From the NCBI GenBank assembly GCA_023428785.1, contig JAEYWU010000067.1:1726-65725 (forward strand): a DNA stretch of 64,000 nt. The letters run 5' to 3'. Below are positions 38,689 to 49,303 of this stretch, piece by piece. Made by a program: the position numbers and the translations under genes. Each line of letters begins with the position of its first letter. The stretch's first letter is position 1. The notes under the pieces were generated by a model that was not told where the DNA came from, did no database searches, and saw nothing but the letters and a program-made list of their open reading frames with translations. This DNA comes from Pseudomonadota bacterium. Its GTDB lineage: Bacteria > Pseudomonadota > Alphaproteobacteria > Caulobacterales > Caulobacteraceae.

Positions 38689-39756
38689 TTGGCCGACGGG
38701 ACGCCGGACATCGACAAGGTCGCACGGCCTCCACGGGCGGAACTCGTCTATCCGTGCGGGGAGCCGCCTCAGGCTGGCCAAGCTGTGGAGGTGGCGGACG
38801 GTGTGCTGTGGGTGCGGTCTCCGCTTCCCATGGCCTTGGACCACATCAATCTCTGGGCCCTCAGAGATGGAGACGGCTGGACCATCGTCGACACCGGGTT
38901 GAACTTCCCTGCGGCGCGAGAAGGCTGGGAAGCCGTGTTCGAGGAGCCGCTCGGGGGGCGGCCGGTTAAGCAGGTCATCTGCACCCACATGCATCCCGAC
39001 CACGTCGGGCTGGCAGGCTGGATGACCGAGCGTTTCGGCGCGCCGCTGCTGATGAGCCGGCTGGAATACATAACGATGCGGATGCTGGTGTCCGACACCG
39101 GCCCGGCCCCCGAGGAGGCCGCGCGGTTCTATCGGTCATGCGGCTGGAGCGAAGCCCAGATTGCGCAATGGCGCGAGCGCTACGGGATGTTCGGCAAGGG
39201 CGTGAGCTCCCCTCCGGTTTCCTATCGCCGGCTCGAAGCCGGTCAGGTCATCGAGATTGATGGGAAACCATGGCGGATGATCGGCGGTGATGGGCATTCG
39301 CCAGAGCACATCTGCCTGCTACGCGAGGCCGATGGGGTCTTCATTTCGGGCGATCAGCTGCTGCCGCGCATCAGCTCGAACGTTTCGATCTGGCCGACGG
39401 AGCCCGACGCCGACCCTCTGACGGACTGGCTCACCTCGCTGGAGCGATTGAAGTTCGAAGTGCCGGCGGATGTGTTGGTTCTTCCGGCGCACGGTGAGCC
39501 GTTCATGGGCGCGCATGAGCGGCTGGATGCCCTTATCCGCGGCCACGACGTTTCGCTGAAGCGGCTGATCAAGTCGCTGCGCGAACCGAAGAGAGCCATC
39601 GATGTCTTTGGGTCGCTCTTTGCCCGGCCGATCGGGGACAGCCTGCTGGGCATGGCCACCGGCGAGAGCCTGGCCCATTTGAACTGTCTGGTCCGCAGGG
39701 GGCAGGCTGTGAGGGAAACCGACGCCGAAGGCGTCTGGCGCTGGCGCGCCGTCTGA
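38689..39756 (+). CDS. MBL-fold metallo-hydrolase
   Basis: THMHPDH, GHSPEH, SGD, PAHG. Confidence 0.9.
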   Translation: MADGTPDIDKVARPPRAELVYPCGEPPQAGQAVEVADGVLWVRSPLPMALDHINLWALRDGDGWTIVDTGLNFPAAREGWEAVFEEPLGGRPVKQVICTHMHPDHVGLAGWMTERFGAPLLMSRLEYITMRMLVSDTGPAPEEAARFYRSCGWSEAQIAQWRERYGMFGKGVSSPPVSYRRLEAGQVIEIDGKPWRMIGGDGHSPEHICLLREADGVFISGDQLLPRISSNVSIWPTEPDADPLTDWLTSLERLKFEVPADVLVLPAHGEPFMGAHERLDALIRGHDVSLKRLIKSLREPKRAIDVFGSLFARPIGDSLLGMATGESLAHLNCLVRRGQAVRETDAEGVWRWRAV

Positions 39757-39763
39757 GGAAACC

Positions 39764-40534
39764 ATGAGCCATATCAAGACTGAAACGACAGACGGTATCC
39801 TGACGATCAGCCTGGATCGCGCGGACAAGAAGAATGCGATCACCCAGGCCATGTACGCGGATCTGGCGGCGGCGGTGAACGCGGGGCAGGCCGATCCGGC
39901 GGTGCGGGTGATCCTTTTCCGGGCCGAGGGCGACAGCTTTTCGGCCGGGAATGACATCGGCGATTTCGCGACCATCGCCATGGGGGGAAAGCGCCCGGGT
40001 GACATGGCTGTGTTCGAGTTCCTCAAGGCCGTGGCCTATCTCGACAAGCCGGCGGTGGCTTCGGTGAAGGGGCGGGCGGTCGGCATCGGCCTGACGCTTC
40101 TGCTGCATTGCGACCTCGTCGTGGTTTCGGAGGACGCGCTGCTGTCGACGCCGTTTGTGAACCTGGCGCTGGCGCCGGAGGCGGCTTCGACGCTGCTGCT
40201 GCCGATGGTCATCGGCCATCAGCGGGCCTTCGAGATGTTCGCCTTGGGAGAGCCAATCGACGGAAAGACGGCTCATGCCTGGGGGCTGGCGAACCGGTGC
40301 GTGCCGGCCGATCAGGCGGACGGCGAGGCGCTGCGGCTGGCGCAGGCGCTGGCGGCGCGGGCGCCGGGCTCGCTGGCGGGCACTAAGAAGCTGATGCGCG
40401 ATGCGGAGCGGCTTTGGGCCCTGATGCAGCAGGAGGGCGAGGTCTTCGGCGCTCAGATGCTGAGCCCTGAGGCGCGTGAGGCCTTCACCGCCTTCTTCGA
40501 GAAACGGCCCCCGAATTTCGCCTCGGTGGGCTAG
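39764..40534 (+). CDS. Enoyl-CoA hydratase/isomerase
   Basis: DKKNAIT..MY, FSAGNDI, AVGIG.TLLLHCD, PEAAS. Confidence 0.9.
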   Translation: MSHIKTETTDGILTISLDRADKKNAITQAMYADLAAAVNAGQADPAVRVILFRAEGDSFSAGNDIGDFATIAMGGKRPGDMAVFEFLKAVAYLDKPAVASVKGRAVGIGLTLLLHCDLVVVSEDALLSTPFVNLALAPEAASTLLLPMVIGHQRAFEMFALGEPIDGKTAHAWGLANRCVPADQADGEALRLAQALAARAPGSLAGTKKLMRDAERLWALMQQEGEVFGAQMLSPEAREAFTAFFEKRPPNFASVG

Positions 40535-40878
40535 CGGCGAGGACCAAGGTTCCACGGTGGACGAAATAGTCCGAACCTCCGCCGTGGATGCGGGCGTCTG
40601 GAACAGGGTGTCGCGTCGCTGAAGCGCGGCGCGAGCAATGCCGGAATGTCAAAGACCGCAAGGCCGGCCCGAAACTTCAGTCCATCCTCTCGAAGATCAT
40701 AGTCAGAGGCCATCCGACGGGGGTCTCGAGCCCTCGATGCCCTACTTTTTTGGGCGAGAAGGTCGGGATTACACGCCGAAATGTAGACTGTATCGGTCGA
40801 CACCGGCCGCGCCTCGAAACCCGGCGCTACAATTGCATCTTGGCGTGCGCCGGGTTCGGCCTTAAGGGGCCGCCTCCC

Positions 40879-41364
40879 ATGACCGACGTCGCCCTGCAGC
40901 CCGCGATCATCGCCGAAGAGACGCCGTTCGACGCGGCGGCGATCGAGCGCGTGGTGGATGCGGCCTTCGGGCCGGGCCGGTTCGTCAAGACGGCGGAGCG
41001 CCTGCGGGAAGGCTCCGAGCCGATCGCCGGGCTGGTCGCGCGGGCCGGGCGCGAGCTGATCGGCTCGGTTCGCCTGTGGCCGATTACGGTCGGCGAGGTT
41101 CCGGCGGCATTCCTCGGCCCTATCGCGGTGGAGGCCGAATGGCGCAGCGGGCGGATCGGGGCGGCGCTGGTCGAGGCCTGTATCGAACGGGCGCGGACGC
41201 TAGGCTTCGCAGGCATTCTGCTGGTGGGTGACGCGCCGTATTTCGGGCGGTTCGGTTTCGAGGCCGCGCCGCTGGCGAGCCTGCCGGGGCCGGTGGATCA
41301 GCGCCGGGTCCTATGGCTGAGCCTGGATGGATCGGTCGGCGAAGGGCCGGTCGCGCGCGACTGA
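40879..41364 (+). CDS. GNAT N-acetyltransferase (YhbS-like)
   Basis: AFGPGRF.KTAERLRE, LGPIAV, LVGDAPYF.RFGF. Confidence 0.88.
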   Translation: MTDVALQPAIIAEETPFDAAAIERVVDAAFGPGRFVKTAERLREGSEPIAGLVARAGRELIGSVRLWPITVGEVPAAFLGPIAVEAEWRSGRIGAALVEACIERARTLGFAGILLVGDAPYFGRFGFEAAPLASLPGPVDQRRVLWLSLDGSVGEGPVARD

Positions 41365-41405
41365 AAGCCCTTGCCGTTCGGCGGCGGGCCTTCCACCTTC
41401 CGGAC

Positions 41406-41948
41406 ATGAACATCCTAGGAGCCCTGCCGGCCGGACTGATCGGGATCGCCGAAGCGGCGAAACGCGCGCTGCCGCCCGTGCACCTGTGGAATCCCGACCA
41501 TTGCGGCGAGATCGACATCGTCATTCGGGCCGACGGGGTGTGGATGCATGAGGGCTCGCCGATCGGCCGCAAGGAGCTGGTGCGGCTGTTCTCGACGGTG
41601 CTGCGGCTTGATCCCGACGGCTATCACCTGGTCACGCCGGTCGAGAAGCTGAGGATCCGGGTCGAGGACGCGCCGTTCCGGGCCATCGCCTGTGCGCGTC
41701 AGGGCGATGATCTGGTCTTCGTGACCGACGTCGGCGACGAGACAGTGGCCGGGCCCGACAACCCGATCCGGGTCGAGATCAACGAGGATGGAACGCCACG
41801 CCCCTATGTCCATGTGCGGCGCGGTCTGGAGGCCCGGATCGAGCGGGCCATCTTCTATGATCTGGTCGAGGCGGCCGAACGAAACGACGAGGGTGAGCTG
41901 GTTCTGCGGTCCGGCGGCGCCGACTTCGTGCTGGGGCGCGATACGTGA
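41406..41948 (+). CDS. DUF1285 domain protein
   Basis: PPVHLWNP..CG.IDI.I..DG.W.HEGSPI.R..LV.LF, LVTPVEK. Confidence 0.9.
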   Translation: MNILGALPAGLIGIAEAAKRALPPVHLWNPDHCGEIDIVIRADGVWMHEGSPIGRKELVRLFSTVLRLDPDGYHLVTPVEKLRIRVEDAPFRAIACARQGDDLVFVTDVGDETVAGPDNPIRVEINEDGTPRPYVHVRRGLEARIERAIFYDLVEAAERNDEGELVLRSGGADFVLGRDT

Positions 41949-42592
41949 CGCCGACGCTGCTGGAAGAACGGCTGAGGTCCGTGCTGGACCCGATCGATTC
42001 CTGGTCGGAGGCGCAGGCGCCCGCGCGTTCGGACTATGACCTCAATCCGGAAATGCGGCCGGCCAGCCGGGTGCTGCGTCAGGCGGCCGTCCTGGTGCCG
42101 ATCGTCGTGCGAGCCGAGGGCGCAACCGTGCTGCTAACCCGCCGGTCGGACACCTTGAACAGCCACACCGGACAGGTGGCGTTTCCCGGCGGCCGCCTCG
42201 ACTCCGGCGAGACGGCGCTGCAGGCGGCGCTGCGAGAGGCGCACGAGGAGATCGGCCTGCTGCCCGAACGGCTGCGGCCCATCGGCCTGTCGGATTCGCA
42301 TGAGACGGGGACCGGGTTCCGCGTGACGCCGGTGGTGGCGATGCTGGAGCCGCCGTTCGACCTGACGCTCAATCCAGACGAGGTCGCGGATGTCTTCGAG
42401 ACTCCGTGGGACTTCCTGATGGACGAAGCCAATCACCGGCGCGAATCCATGATCTGGCAGGGGGCGGAACGGTTCTTCTGGGCGATGCCGTGGGATGACG
42501 CTGGGATCGAGCGCTACATCTGGGGCGCCACCGCCGGGATGATCCGGGCGCTGCGCACACGCTTCACGCGGGCCGACGAGGACGCGGCATGA
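41945..42592 (+). CDS. CoA pyrophosphatase (Nudix)
   Basis: AAVLVP, LLTRR, H.GQVAFPGG, ALREAHEEIG, IWGATA. Confidence 0.92.
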   Translation: MTPTLLEERLRSVLDPIDSWSEAQAPARSDYDLNPEMRPASRVLRQAAVLVPIVVRAEGATVLLTRRSDTLNSHTGQVAFPGGRLDSGETALQAALREAHEEIGLLPERLRPIGLSDSHETGTGFRVTPVVAMLEPPFDLTLNPDEVADVFETPWDFLMDEANHRRESMIWQGAERFFWAMPWDDAGIERYIWGATAGMIRALRTRFTRADEDAA

Positions 42593-43800
42593 CCCGGCTG
42601 GAGGGACAAGGGTGGCTGGAGGCGCCGGCTACGGTGGCCGTCATCGACGCGCTGGCATCGGCTGGCGGCGACGGCCGCTTCGTGGGCGGGTGCGTGCGTG
42701 ACGCCCTGATTGGTCGCGCGGTCGCCGATATCGATATCGCCACGCCCCTGCCGCCCGAGGCCGTGGTGCGGGCCGTGACGCTGGCGGGTCTGAAGGCTGT
42801 GCCGACCGGAATCGAGCACGGCACCGTCACTGTGGTCAGCGGCGGGCGTCCGTTCGAGGTGACGACCCTGAGGCGCGATGTCTCGACCGACGGGCGACGC
42901 GCGACGGTGGCCTTTACCGAGGACTGGGCCGAGGACGCCGCGCGGCGCGATTTTCGCCTGAACGCCCTCTATGCGGACCGGCACGGTCAGGTCTTCGACC
43001 CGACGGGGCAGGGGGTCGATGACGCGCGGCAGGGGCTGATCATCTTCGTAGGCGAGCCCGAGCGGCGCATCCGCGAGGACTATCTGCGCATTCTGCGGTT
43101 TTTCCGGTTCCGGTCCTGGTTCGGGCGGGGCGCACCCGATGCAGCGGCGCTGACGGCGTGCTCCGACCTGAAGGACGGGCTGAGGCAACTGTCGGCCGAG
43201 CGGGTCTCGACCGAGCTCCTGAAGCTGCTGGCCGCGCCGGACCCGAGGGATTCGGTCGCCCTCATGCAGGAGACGGGGGTCCTGCCGGTCATTCTTCCCT
43301 GGTGGCAGGACAGCGGCCTGTTCGAAGCCATGGCCGTCATCAGCCCGGACCCGATCCTGAGGCTTTCCAGCCTGTTGCCGACGGATGCCGAGACCGTGCG
43401 TCAGGCGGCGGAAGCCCTGAGGCTGTCCAACGCCCAGAAGAGCCGGCTGGTGGAGGCCTTGCCGGACAGCGAAGTCATCGTGCCGGACATGGGTGAGCGG
43501 GCCGCGCGTGCAGCGCTGTACCGGTTGGGCCGCCAGGCGTTTCGCGACCGGCTGGCGCGGGCTTGGGCGGCGGCGCCCAATCAGGGGGAGGCGGCACGCG
43601 CCCTGATGGCGACGGCTGATGGCTGGACCCGACCGGCCTTTCCGATCACCGGTGCGGACCTGAAGGCGGCGGGGATCAGCCCGAGCCCGGCCATGGGGCG
43701 TATCCTGACGGATCTGGAAAGCTGGTGGGTGGCCGAGGATTTCCCCGATGTGGGGCTGGAGGGCCGTCTGGCGGCCCTGATCCAGGAGAGCCAGCCATGA
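42589..43800 (+). CDS. cca: CCA tRNA nucleotidyltransferase
   Basis: VGGCVRD...DIDIAT, EVTTLR, RRDF..NA, EDYLRILRFFRF. Confidence 0.9.
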   Translation: MTRLEGQGWLEAPATVAVIDALASAGGDGRFVGGCVRDALIGRAVADIDIATPLPPEAVVRAVTLAGLKAVPTGIEHGTVTVVSGGRPFEVTTLRRDVSTDGRRATVAFTEDWAEDAARRDFRLNALYADRHGQVFDPTGQGVDDARQGLIIFVGEPERRIREDYLRILRFFRFRSWFGRGAPDAAALTACSDLKDGLRQLSAERVSTELLKLLAAPDPRDSVALMQETGVLPVILPWWQDSGLFEAMAVISPDPILRLSSLLPTDAETVRQAAEALRLSNAQKSRLVEALPDSEVIVPDMGERAARAALYRLGRQAFRDRLARAWAAAPNQGEAARALMATADGWTRPAFPITGADLKAAGISPSPAMGRILTDLESWWVAEDFPDVGLEGRLAALIQESQP

Positions 43801-44198
43801 CCGAGGGATATTCCGGCAAGCCTCTGGCCGAGAAGCTGGGCGTGCGTGACGGCGACACTCTGGCCGTGATGGACGCACCTACTGCCTATGCGTCGTGGGT
43901 CGAGCCGCTGCCGACGGGGGCGACGCTGATCGACGGACCGGACCCCGAGGCGCGCATCCTGCACCTGTTTGTGCGCAATCGGGCCGACCTGGAGCACAAG
44001 ATGCACGCGGCCTTCGGGCATCGGCCCGAGAGCGGCATGGTCTGGGTCAGCTGGCCCAAGAAGAGCTCAAAGCTGTTCGAGGACCTGACCGAAGACGGCT
44101 TGCGTGAGGTGATCCTGCCGACCGGCTGGGTGGACGTGAAGGTCTGCGCGGTGGATGCCGACTGGTCAGGCCTGAAGTTTGTGAGGAGACGAGCTTGA
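43797..44198 (+). CDS. DUF3052 family protein
   Basis: GYSGKPL..KLG, WVSWPKK, G.VDVKVCAVD.DWSGLKF. Confidence 0.85.
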   Translation: MTEGYSGKPLAEKLGVRDGDTLAVMDAPTAYASWVEPLPTGATLIDGPDPEARILHLFVRNRADLEHKMHAAFGHRPESGMVWVSWPKKSSKLFEDLTEDGLREVILPTGWVDVKVCAVDADWSGLKFVRRRA

Positions 44199-44908
44199 AG
44201 ATCGCGATCCTGAAGACGGGCGCGCCGCCGCCGGAGCTGGAGGCGCGCTTCGGCGGCTATCCGGAAATGATGCAGGCGCTGATCGGCGAGGATCATGCCT
44301 ATGAGGTTTTCGATGTGCGCGAGGGGCCCTTGCCGGACCATGGAGCGCACCACGGGGTGATCGTCACCGGCTCGCCGTCGGGCGTCTATGACGGGGACGC
44401 GTGGATCGCGGAGCTGAAGATGTGGCTGGTCGGGGCGCTGGGGCGCTGTCGGATGGTCGGTATCTGCTTCGGGCATCAGGTGATGGCCTCGGCCTTCGGC
44501 GGCGAGGTGCGCAAGTCCGAGAAGGGTTGGGGGATTGGCCTGCACGAGCACGAAGTGGTGGCCGGTCACGACTGGATGGAACCGCCGGCGGAGAGCCTGC
44601 GGTTGCCGGTCTCGCATCAGGATCAGGTGGTCTATCGGGGCCAGTCGACCTTCGTGACCCTGTCGAGTGAGTTCTGTCCCTATGCCGGTCTGAGCTACGG
44701 CGCGGACGCCATGAGCTTCCAGGGACACCCTGAGTTCACGCCCGAGTTCGCCCAGGCCCTGATCGAGGCGCGGCGGGGGACGCGATATGCCGACGCCTTC
44801 GCGGACGCGGCGATCGCCAGCCTGGATGAGGACAACGACCGCGAGGTGGCGGCGGAGTGGATTCGCACCTTCCTAGCCATGCCGGTGACTGGCGAAGGGC
44901 GGATCTAG
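44195..44908 (+). CDS. Class I glutamine amidotransferase
   Basis: TGSP, GICFGHQ, QGHPE; TTG start overlaps upstream stop. Confidence 0.9.
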   Translation: MKIAILKTGAPPPELEARFGGYPEMMQALIGEDHAYEVFDVREGPLPDHGAHHGVIVTGSPSGVYDGDAWIAELKMWLVGALGRCRMVGICFGHQVMASAFGGEVRKSEKGWGIGLHEHEVVAGHDWMEPPAESLRLPVSHQDQVVYRGQSTFVTLSSEFCPYAGLSYGADAMSFQGHPEFTPEFAQALIEARRGTRYADAFADAAIASLDEDNDREVAAEWIRTFLAMPVTGEGRI

Positions 44909-45780
44909 GGCCACTTCACCTCGGGCGGCATGGAGCTGAGGATGGAGTCCACATTGCCACCCGTTTTGAGGCCGAACATCGTGCCGCGGTCGTAGAGCAG
45001 ATTGAACTCGACATAGCGGCCGCGGCGGATCAGTTGCTCGTCGCGCTCGGCGGGGGTCCAGGGCTGGGCCATGCGGCCGCGCACGATGGCCGTGTAGCTG
45101 TTCAGGAAAGCCATGCCGACGTCGCGGGTGAAGCCGAAGTCGCGGGCGAAGTCGCCACTGTCGTGGTGGTCGTAGAAGATGCCGCCGATACCGCGCGGCT
45201 CGTTGCGGTGGGGCAGGAAGAAATACTCGTCGCACCAGGCTTTGTACTTCGCATGCCAGGCCGGGTCGTGGGCGTCGCAGGCGGCCTGCATGGCGGCGTG
45301 AAAGGCGACGGCGTCGGGATTGTCCTGGGTGCGCTGGGCGTTCAGGACCGGCGTCAAGTCGCCGCCGCCGCCGAACCAGCTCTTCGTCGTCGAGATCAGC
45401 CGCGTGTTCATATGGGCGGCCGGGACGTGCGGGTTGCGCGGATGGATGATCACGCTGACGCCTGTGGCGTGGAAACGCGGGTCCTCATCGGCGCCGGGGA
45501 CGTTCTTGGCGAACTCGGGCGAGAACTCGCCCCAGACCGTCGAGACATGGACGCCGGCCTTTTCGAAGACACGGCCGCGCAGCATGGAGGCGATACCGCC
45601 GCCGCCGTCGCCGTCGCGCTTCCAGGGCGTGCGTTCGAAGCGGCACGCAGCGCCGGGATAGAGGGCGGGATCAGCGGCATCCTCGATGGCCTCGAGCGCC
45701 TCGCAGAGCTGGTCGCGGAAGGTCTCGAACCAGGCGCGGGCGATTTCCTGGCGTTCGGGAAGGTCGAGGTCGAGGGTCAT
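44905..45780 (-). CDS. hemF: Oxygen-dependent coproporphyrinogen III oxidase
   Basis: [43 protein letters not shown]. Confidence 0.97.
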   Translation of the reverse strand: MTLDLDLPERQEIARAWFETFRDQLCEALEAIEDAADPALYPGAACRFERTPWKRDGDGGGGIASMLRGRVFEKAGVHVSTVWGEFSPEFAKNVPGADEDPRFHATGVSVIIHPRNPHVPAAHMNTRLISTTKSWFGGGGDLTPVLNAQRTQDNPDAVAFHAAMQAACDAHDPAWHAKYKAWCDEYFFLPHRNEPRGIGGIFYDHHDSGDFARDFGFTRDVGMAFLNSYTAIVRGRMAQPWTPAERDEQLIRRGRYVEFNLLYDRGTMFGLKTGGNVDSILSSMPPEVKWP

Positions 45781-46020
45781 GGGCGGGGCTTCAAGCATAG
45801 GGGAGAGGCCGCGTCACCTCCGGGCGGTCACGGAGGTGGCTGGAGCGGACGATCGGGACTCCGAAAACACCGTCCACCTCGTCCGGGCAATAGGACCCGG
45901 CGGTTTGCATCGGGCGATGATGAAGGACGGGCGGCGTGCGGGCGCGAAAGGGCCGCGCGCCCAGGCGTTTCGCTGAGCACGCAAGGCGGCTAGTGTCTTT
46001 TCGAACGGGGAAATTCTCTC

Positions 46021-47277
46021 ATGACTCGCTTGCTCGCGCTCAGCGCCGCCATCGCCGCCTTCGCAGTACCCGCCGCCGCCCAGGACGAAGCGGCGCGGGT
46101 GAGGGCGGTGCTGGAGGCCACGCCCCTGATCGACGGGCATAACGATCTGCCGTGGCAGGTAGCGAGCCGGTGGGGCGGCGATGCGCGCCAGCTGGACCTG
46201 ACGCAGGACCTGACGCAGCTGGAACCGCGGATGCACACCGACATCGCCCGGCTGCGCGCCGGCGGGGTCGGGGGGCAGTTCTGGTCGGTCTATGTGCCGG
46301 CCTCGATGGAGGGGCCCGAGGCCGCCGCCCAGGTGATGCGGCAGATCGATCTGGTGCGAGAACTGGTCCGGCGTCATCCCGACACCTTCGCCATGGCCTA
46401 TACGGCCGACGACATCGAGCGGGCCCATCGGGAAGGGCGGATCGCCTCGCTGATCGGCATGGAGGGCGGCAACGCCCTGGACAATTCGCTGGGGGTGCTT
46501 CGGTCCTTCTATGAGCTGGGCGCCCGCTACATCACCCTGACCCATTCGGCGAACCTGGACTGGGCCGACGCCTCGACGGATACGGCGGTCCATGACGGCC
46601 TGACGCCGTTTGGGGTGGCGGTGGTGCGCGAGATGAACCGGCTGGGGATGCTGGTGGACATTTCGCACGTCTCCGAAGCGACGATGAACGACGTGCTGGA
46701 CGCGACACGCGCGCCGGTGATCTTTTCGCACTCATCGGCCTTCGCCCTGGCCGACACGCCCCGCAATGTGCCCGACGCGGTGCTGCGGCGGGTGACGGAG
46801 AACGGCGGGGTGGTGATGGTCACCTTCGTGCCGAGCTTCATCTCGCAGGAAATCAGGGACTGGAGCCGCCAGCGGGCCGCCGAAGGCGAACGACTGGCCG
46901 CGACGGGTCTCGATGAAGCCGGGGTGGCTGCAGGCCTGACAGCGTGGGCCGCCGATCATCCGGCGCCGGTCGCGACCCTGAGCCAGGTCGCGGACCATAT
47001 CGAGCACATCCGTGATGTCGCCGGGATCGACCATGTCGGTATCGGCGGGGACTTCGACGGCATCGAATCGACGGTCGAGGGGCTGGACGGGGTCGAGGAC
47101 TATCCGGCGCTGCTGGAAGAGCTGGCGCGGCGGGGCTGGTCCGATGAGGACATGGCCAAGCTGGCCGGCGGCAACGTCCTGAGGGTCATGCGCCGGGTCG
47201 AGGCCGTCGCGGCGGAGCTGGCCGACGAGCCCGCCAACTATGCGACCCTCGCCGAACTGGACGGTTTGGCCGAGTAG
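46021..47277 (+). CDS. Membrane dipeptidase (peptidase M19), secreted
   Basis: Signal peptide, IDGHNDLP, QFWSVY, GMEG, DISH, SHS, GGDFDG. Confidence 0.92.
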   Translation: MTRLLALSAAIAAFAVPAAAQDEAARVRAVLEATPLIDGHNDLPWQVASRWGGDARQLDLTQDLTQLEPRMHTDIARLRAGGVGGQFWSVYVPASMEGPEAAAQVMRQIDLVRELVRRHPDTFAMAYTADDIERAHREGRIASLIGMEGGNALDNSLGVLRSFYELGARYITLTHSANLDWADASTDTAVHDGLTPFGVAVVREMNRLGMLVDISHVSEATMNDVLDATRAPVIFSHSSAFALADTPRNVPDAVLRRVTENGGVVMVTFVPSFISQEIRDWSRQRAAEGERLAATGLDEAGVAAGLTAWAADHPAPVATLSQVADHIEHIRDVAGIDHVGIGGDFDGIESTVEGLDGVEDYPALLEELARRGWSDEDMAKLAGGNVLRVMRRVEAVAAELADEPANYATLAELDGLAE

Positions 47278-47447
47278 TTGAGAGCTGGTCGCAACTGGAA
47301 CGCCGGTCTGTCGTCATGGCGCCGCTTTCGGACGATTGCCCGGTTGAAAAAGCAGCGGGCGGGCTCTAATCCCGGTCCCACTTGTGGCTATTTGCGGCGG
47401 CGAGGATGCGTGCGCGTGTCCGGCCGTCCCTTGCGAAGGTGGGCTCT

Positions 47448-47984
47448 GTGACCGAACAGGTCGTTCACGACGGCGGCGGCGATCCGAATCGTCGCGACTT
47501 CATTCACATCGCGGCCGGTGCGGCCGCGGTCGGCGCGGGGGCTGCCTGCCTCTGGCCGCTGATCAACCAGATGAACCCGGCGGCCGACACCGTCGCGCTC
47601 TCGTCGATCGAATTCGACCTGACCAAGGTGGCCGAGGGCTCCCAGGTGGTGGTTCGCTGGCAGGGCAAGCCGGTGTTCGTGCGCTACCGCACCGCCGAGG
47701 AGATCCAGGAAGCGGAACAGACCCCGCTTTCGGCCCTGAAGGACCCCCAGACCGACGAAGATCGCGTCAAGGCCGGCCACGAGCAGTATCTGGTCGTCGT
47801 CGGCTCGTGCACGCACCTCGGTTGCGTGCCGACCTTCGGCACTGGCGACTTCGGCGGCTGGTTCTGCCCCTGCCACGGTTCGCACTACGACACCTCGGGA
47901 CGCATTCGTAAGGGCCCGGCGCCGCTGAACCTAGTGGTGCCCGAGTACGAATACCTGTCCGACACTTCCATCCGGATCGGCTGA
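47448..47984 (+). CDS. petA: Ubiquinol-cytochrome c reductase Rieske subunit
   Basis: Tat RRDF, CTHLGC, CPCHGS; GTG start 47448. Confidence 0.96.
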   Translation: MTEQVVHDGGGDPNRRDFIHIAAGAAAVGAGAACLWPLINQMNPAADTVALSSIEFDLTKVAEGSQVVVRWQGKPVFVRYRTAEEIQEAEQTPLSALKDPQTDEDRVKAGHEQYLVVVGSCTHLGCVPTFGTGDFGGWFCPCHGSHYDTSGRIRKGPAPLNLVVPEYEYLSDTSIRIG

Positions 47985-47992
47985 GGTCAGAA

Positions 47993-49297
47993 ATGAGCGA
48001 TCACGAATCGACCTATGTGCCGAAGACCGGCATTGAGAAGTGGCTGGACTCGCGCCTGCCCATCGTTCGCTTCGGCATGGACTACATGTCGCTGCCGACC
48101 CCGCGGAACCTGAACTACTGGTGGACCTTCGGCGCCATCCTGACGCTGTGCCTGGCGACGCAGATCGTCACCGGCATCGTGCTGGCGATGCACTACACGC
48201 CCAACACCGCATTCGCCTTTGACTCGGTCGAGCGCATCATGCGCGACGTGCCGGGCGGCTGGCTGATCCGCTACGTCCACGCCAACGGCGCGTCGATGTT
48301 CTTCATCGCCGTCTACATCCACATGTTCCGCGGTCTCTACTACGGCTCGTACAAGCAGCCGCGTGAGATGATCTGGATCCTGGGCTGCGTGATCTTCTTC
48401 CTGCTGATCGCCACGGCCTTCCTGGGCTACGTCCTGCCGTGGGGACAGATGTCCTACTGGGGCGCCGAGGTCATCACCAACCTGATCGGGGCCATCCCGG
48501 TGGTCGGCGAGCCGATCCTGATCTGGCTGCGTGGCGGTCCCGCGATCGACAATGCGACCCTGAACCGCTTCTTCTCGCTGCACTACCTGCTGCCGTTCGC
48601 CATCGCCGGCGTCGTGTTCCTGCACCTGTGGGCCCTGCACCACGCCGGTCAGAACAACCCGGTCGGCATCCTGCTGCCCAAGGAGACCCGCGCCAAGGAC
48701 ACCCTGCCGTTCCACCCGTACTTCACGGTCAAGGACGGCTTCGCGATCATCCTGTTCCTGATGCTGTTCGCGGTCTTCGTGTTCTTCAACCCGAACGCGC
48801 TCGGCCACGCCGACAACTACATCGAGGCCAACCCGCTGCAGACCCCGGCGCACATCGTGCCCGAGTGGTACATGCTGCCCTTCTACGCGATCCTGCGCGC
48901 CATCCCCGACAAGTTCGGCGGCGTGGTGGCGATGTTCGCGGCGATCGGCGTGCTGTTCGTTCTGCCGTGGCTGGACACCTCGCGGGTCCGCTCGATGCGC
49001 TATCGCCCGACCATGAAGTCGCTCTTCATCGTCTTCGTGGTGGTGTGCCTTGGCCTCGGCTGGTGTGGCGCCCAGCTGCCCGACGCCAACGTCATCCCCG
49101 GCATCGGCGGCGGCTTCACCCTCTTCGACGGCGACATCAACACGTACCTGTGGCTGACGCGCGTCCTGACCGCCTACTACTTCGTCTTCTTCCTGGTCCT
49201 GATGCCGCTCGTCGGGCTGAAGGAGAAACCCCTGCCGGTACCGGCGTCCATCTCCGAGCCGGTCCTGTCCGGCTCCGAAGCCGAACAGAAGGGCTGA
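47993..49297 (+). CDS. petB: Cytochrome b
   Basis: [28 protein letters not shown]. Confidence 0.98.
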   Translation: MSDHESTYVPKTGIEKWLDSRLPIVRFGMDYMSLPTPRNLNYWWTFGAILTLCLATQIVTGIVLAMHYTPNTAFAFDSVERIMRDVPGGWLIRYVHANGASMFFIAVYIHMFRGLYYGSYKQPREMIWILGCVIFFLLIATAFLGYVLPWGQMSYWGAEVITNLIGAIPVVGEPILIWLRGGPAIDNATLNRFFSLHYLLPFAIAGVVFLHLWALHHAGQNNPVGILLPKETRAKDTLPFHPYFTVKDGFAIILFLMLFAVFVFFNPNALGHADNYIEANPLQTPAHIVPEWYMLPFYAILRAIPDKFGGVVAMFAAIGVLFVLPWLDTSRVRSMRYRPTMKSLFIVFVVVCLGLGWCGAQLPDANVIPGIGGGFTLFDGDINTYLWLTRVLTAYYFVFFLVLMPLVGLKEKPLPVPASISEPVLSGSEAEQKG

Positions 49298-49303
49298 GCC
49301 GCG

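Noticed and set aside
40551..40720. Hammerhead ribozyme or BrnT toxin fragment in the gap
   Set aside because: No CUGANGA core, and only a few residues of vague BrnT resemblance
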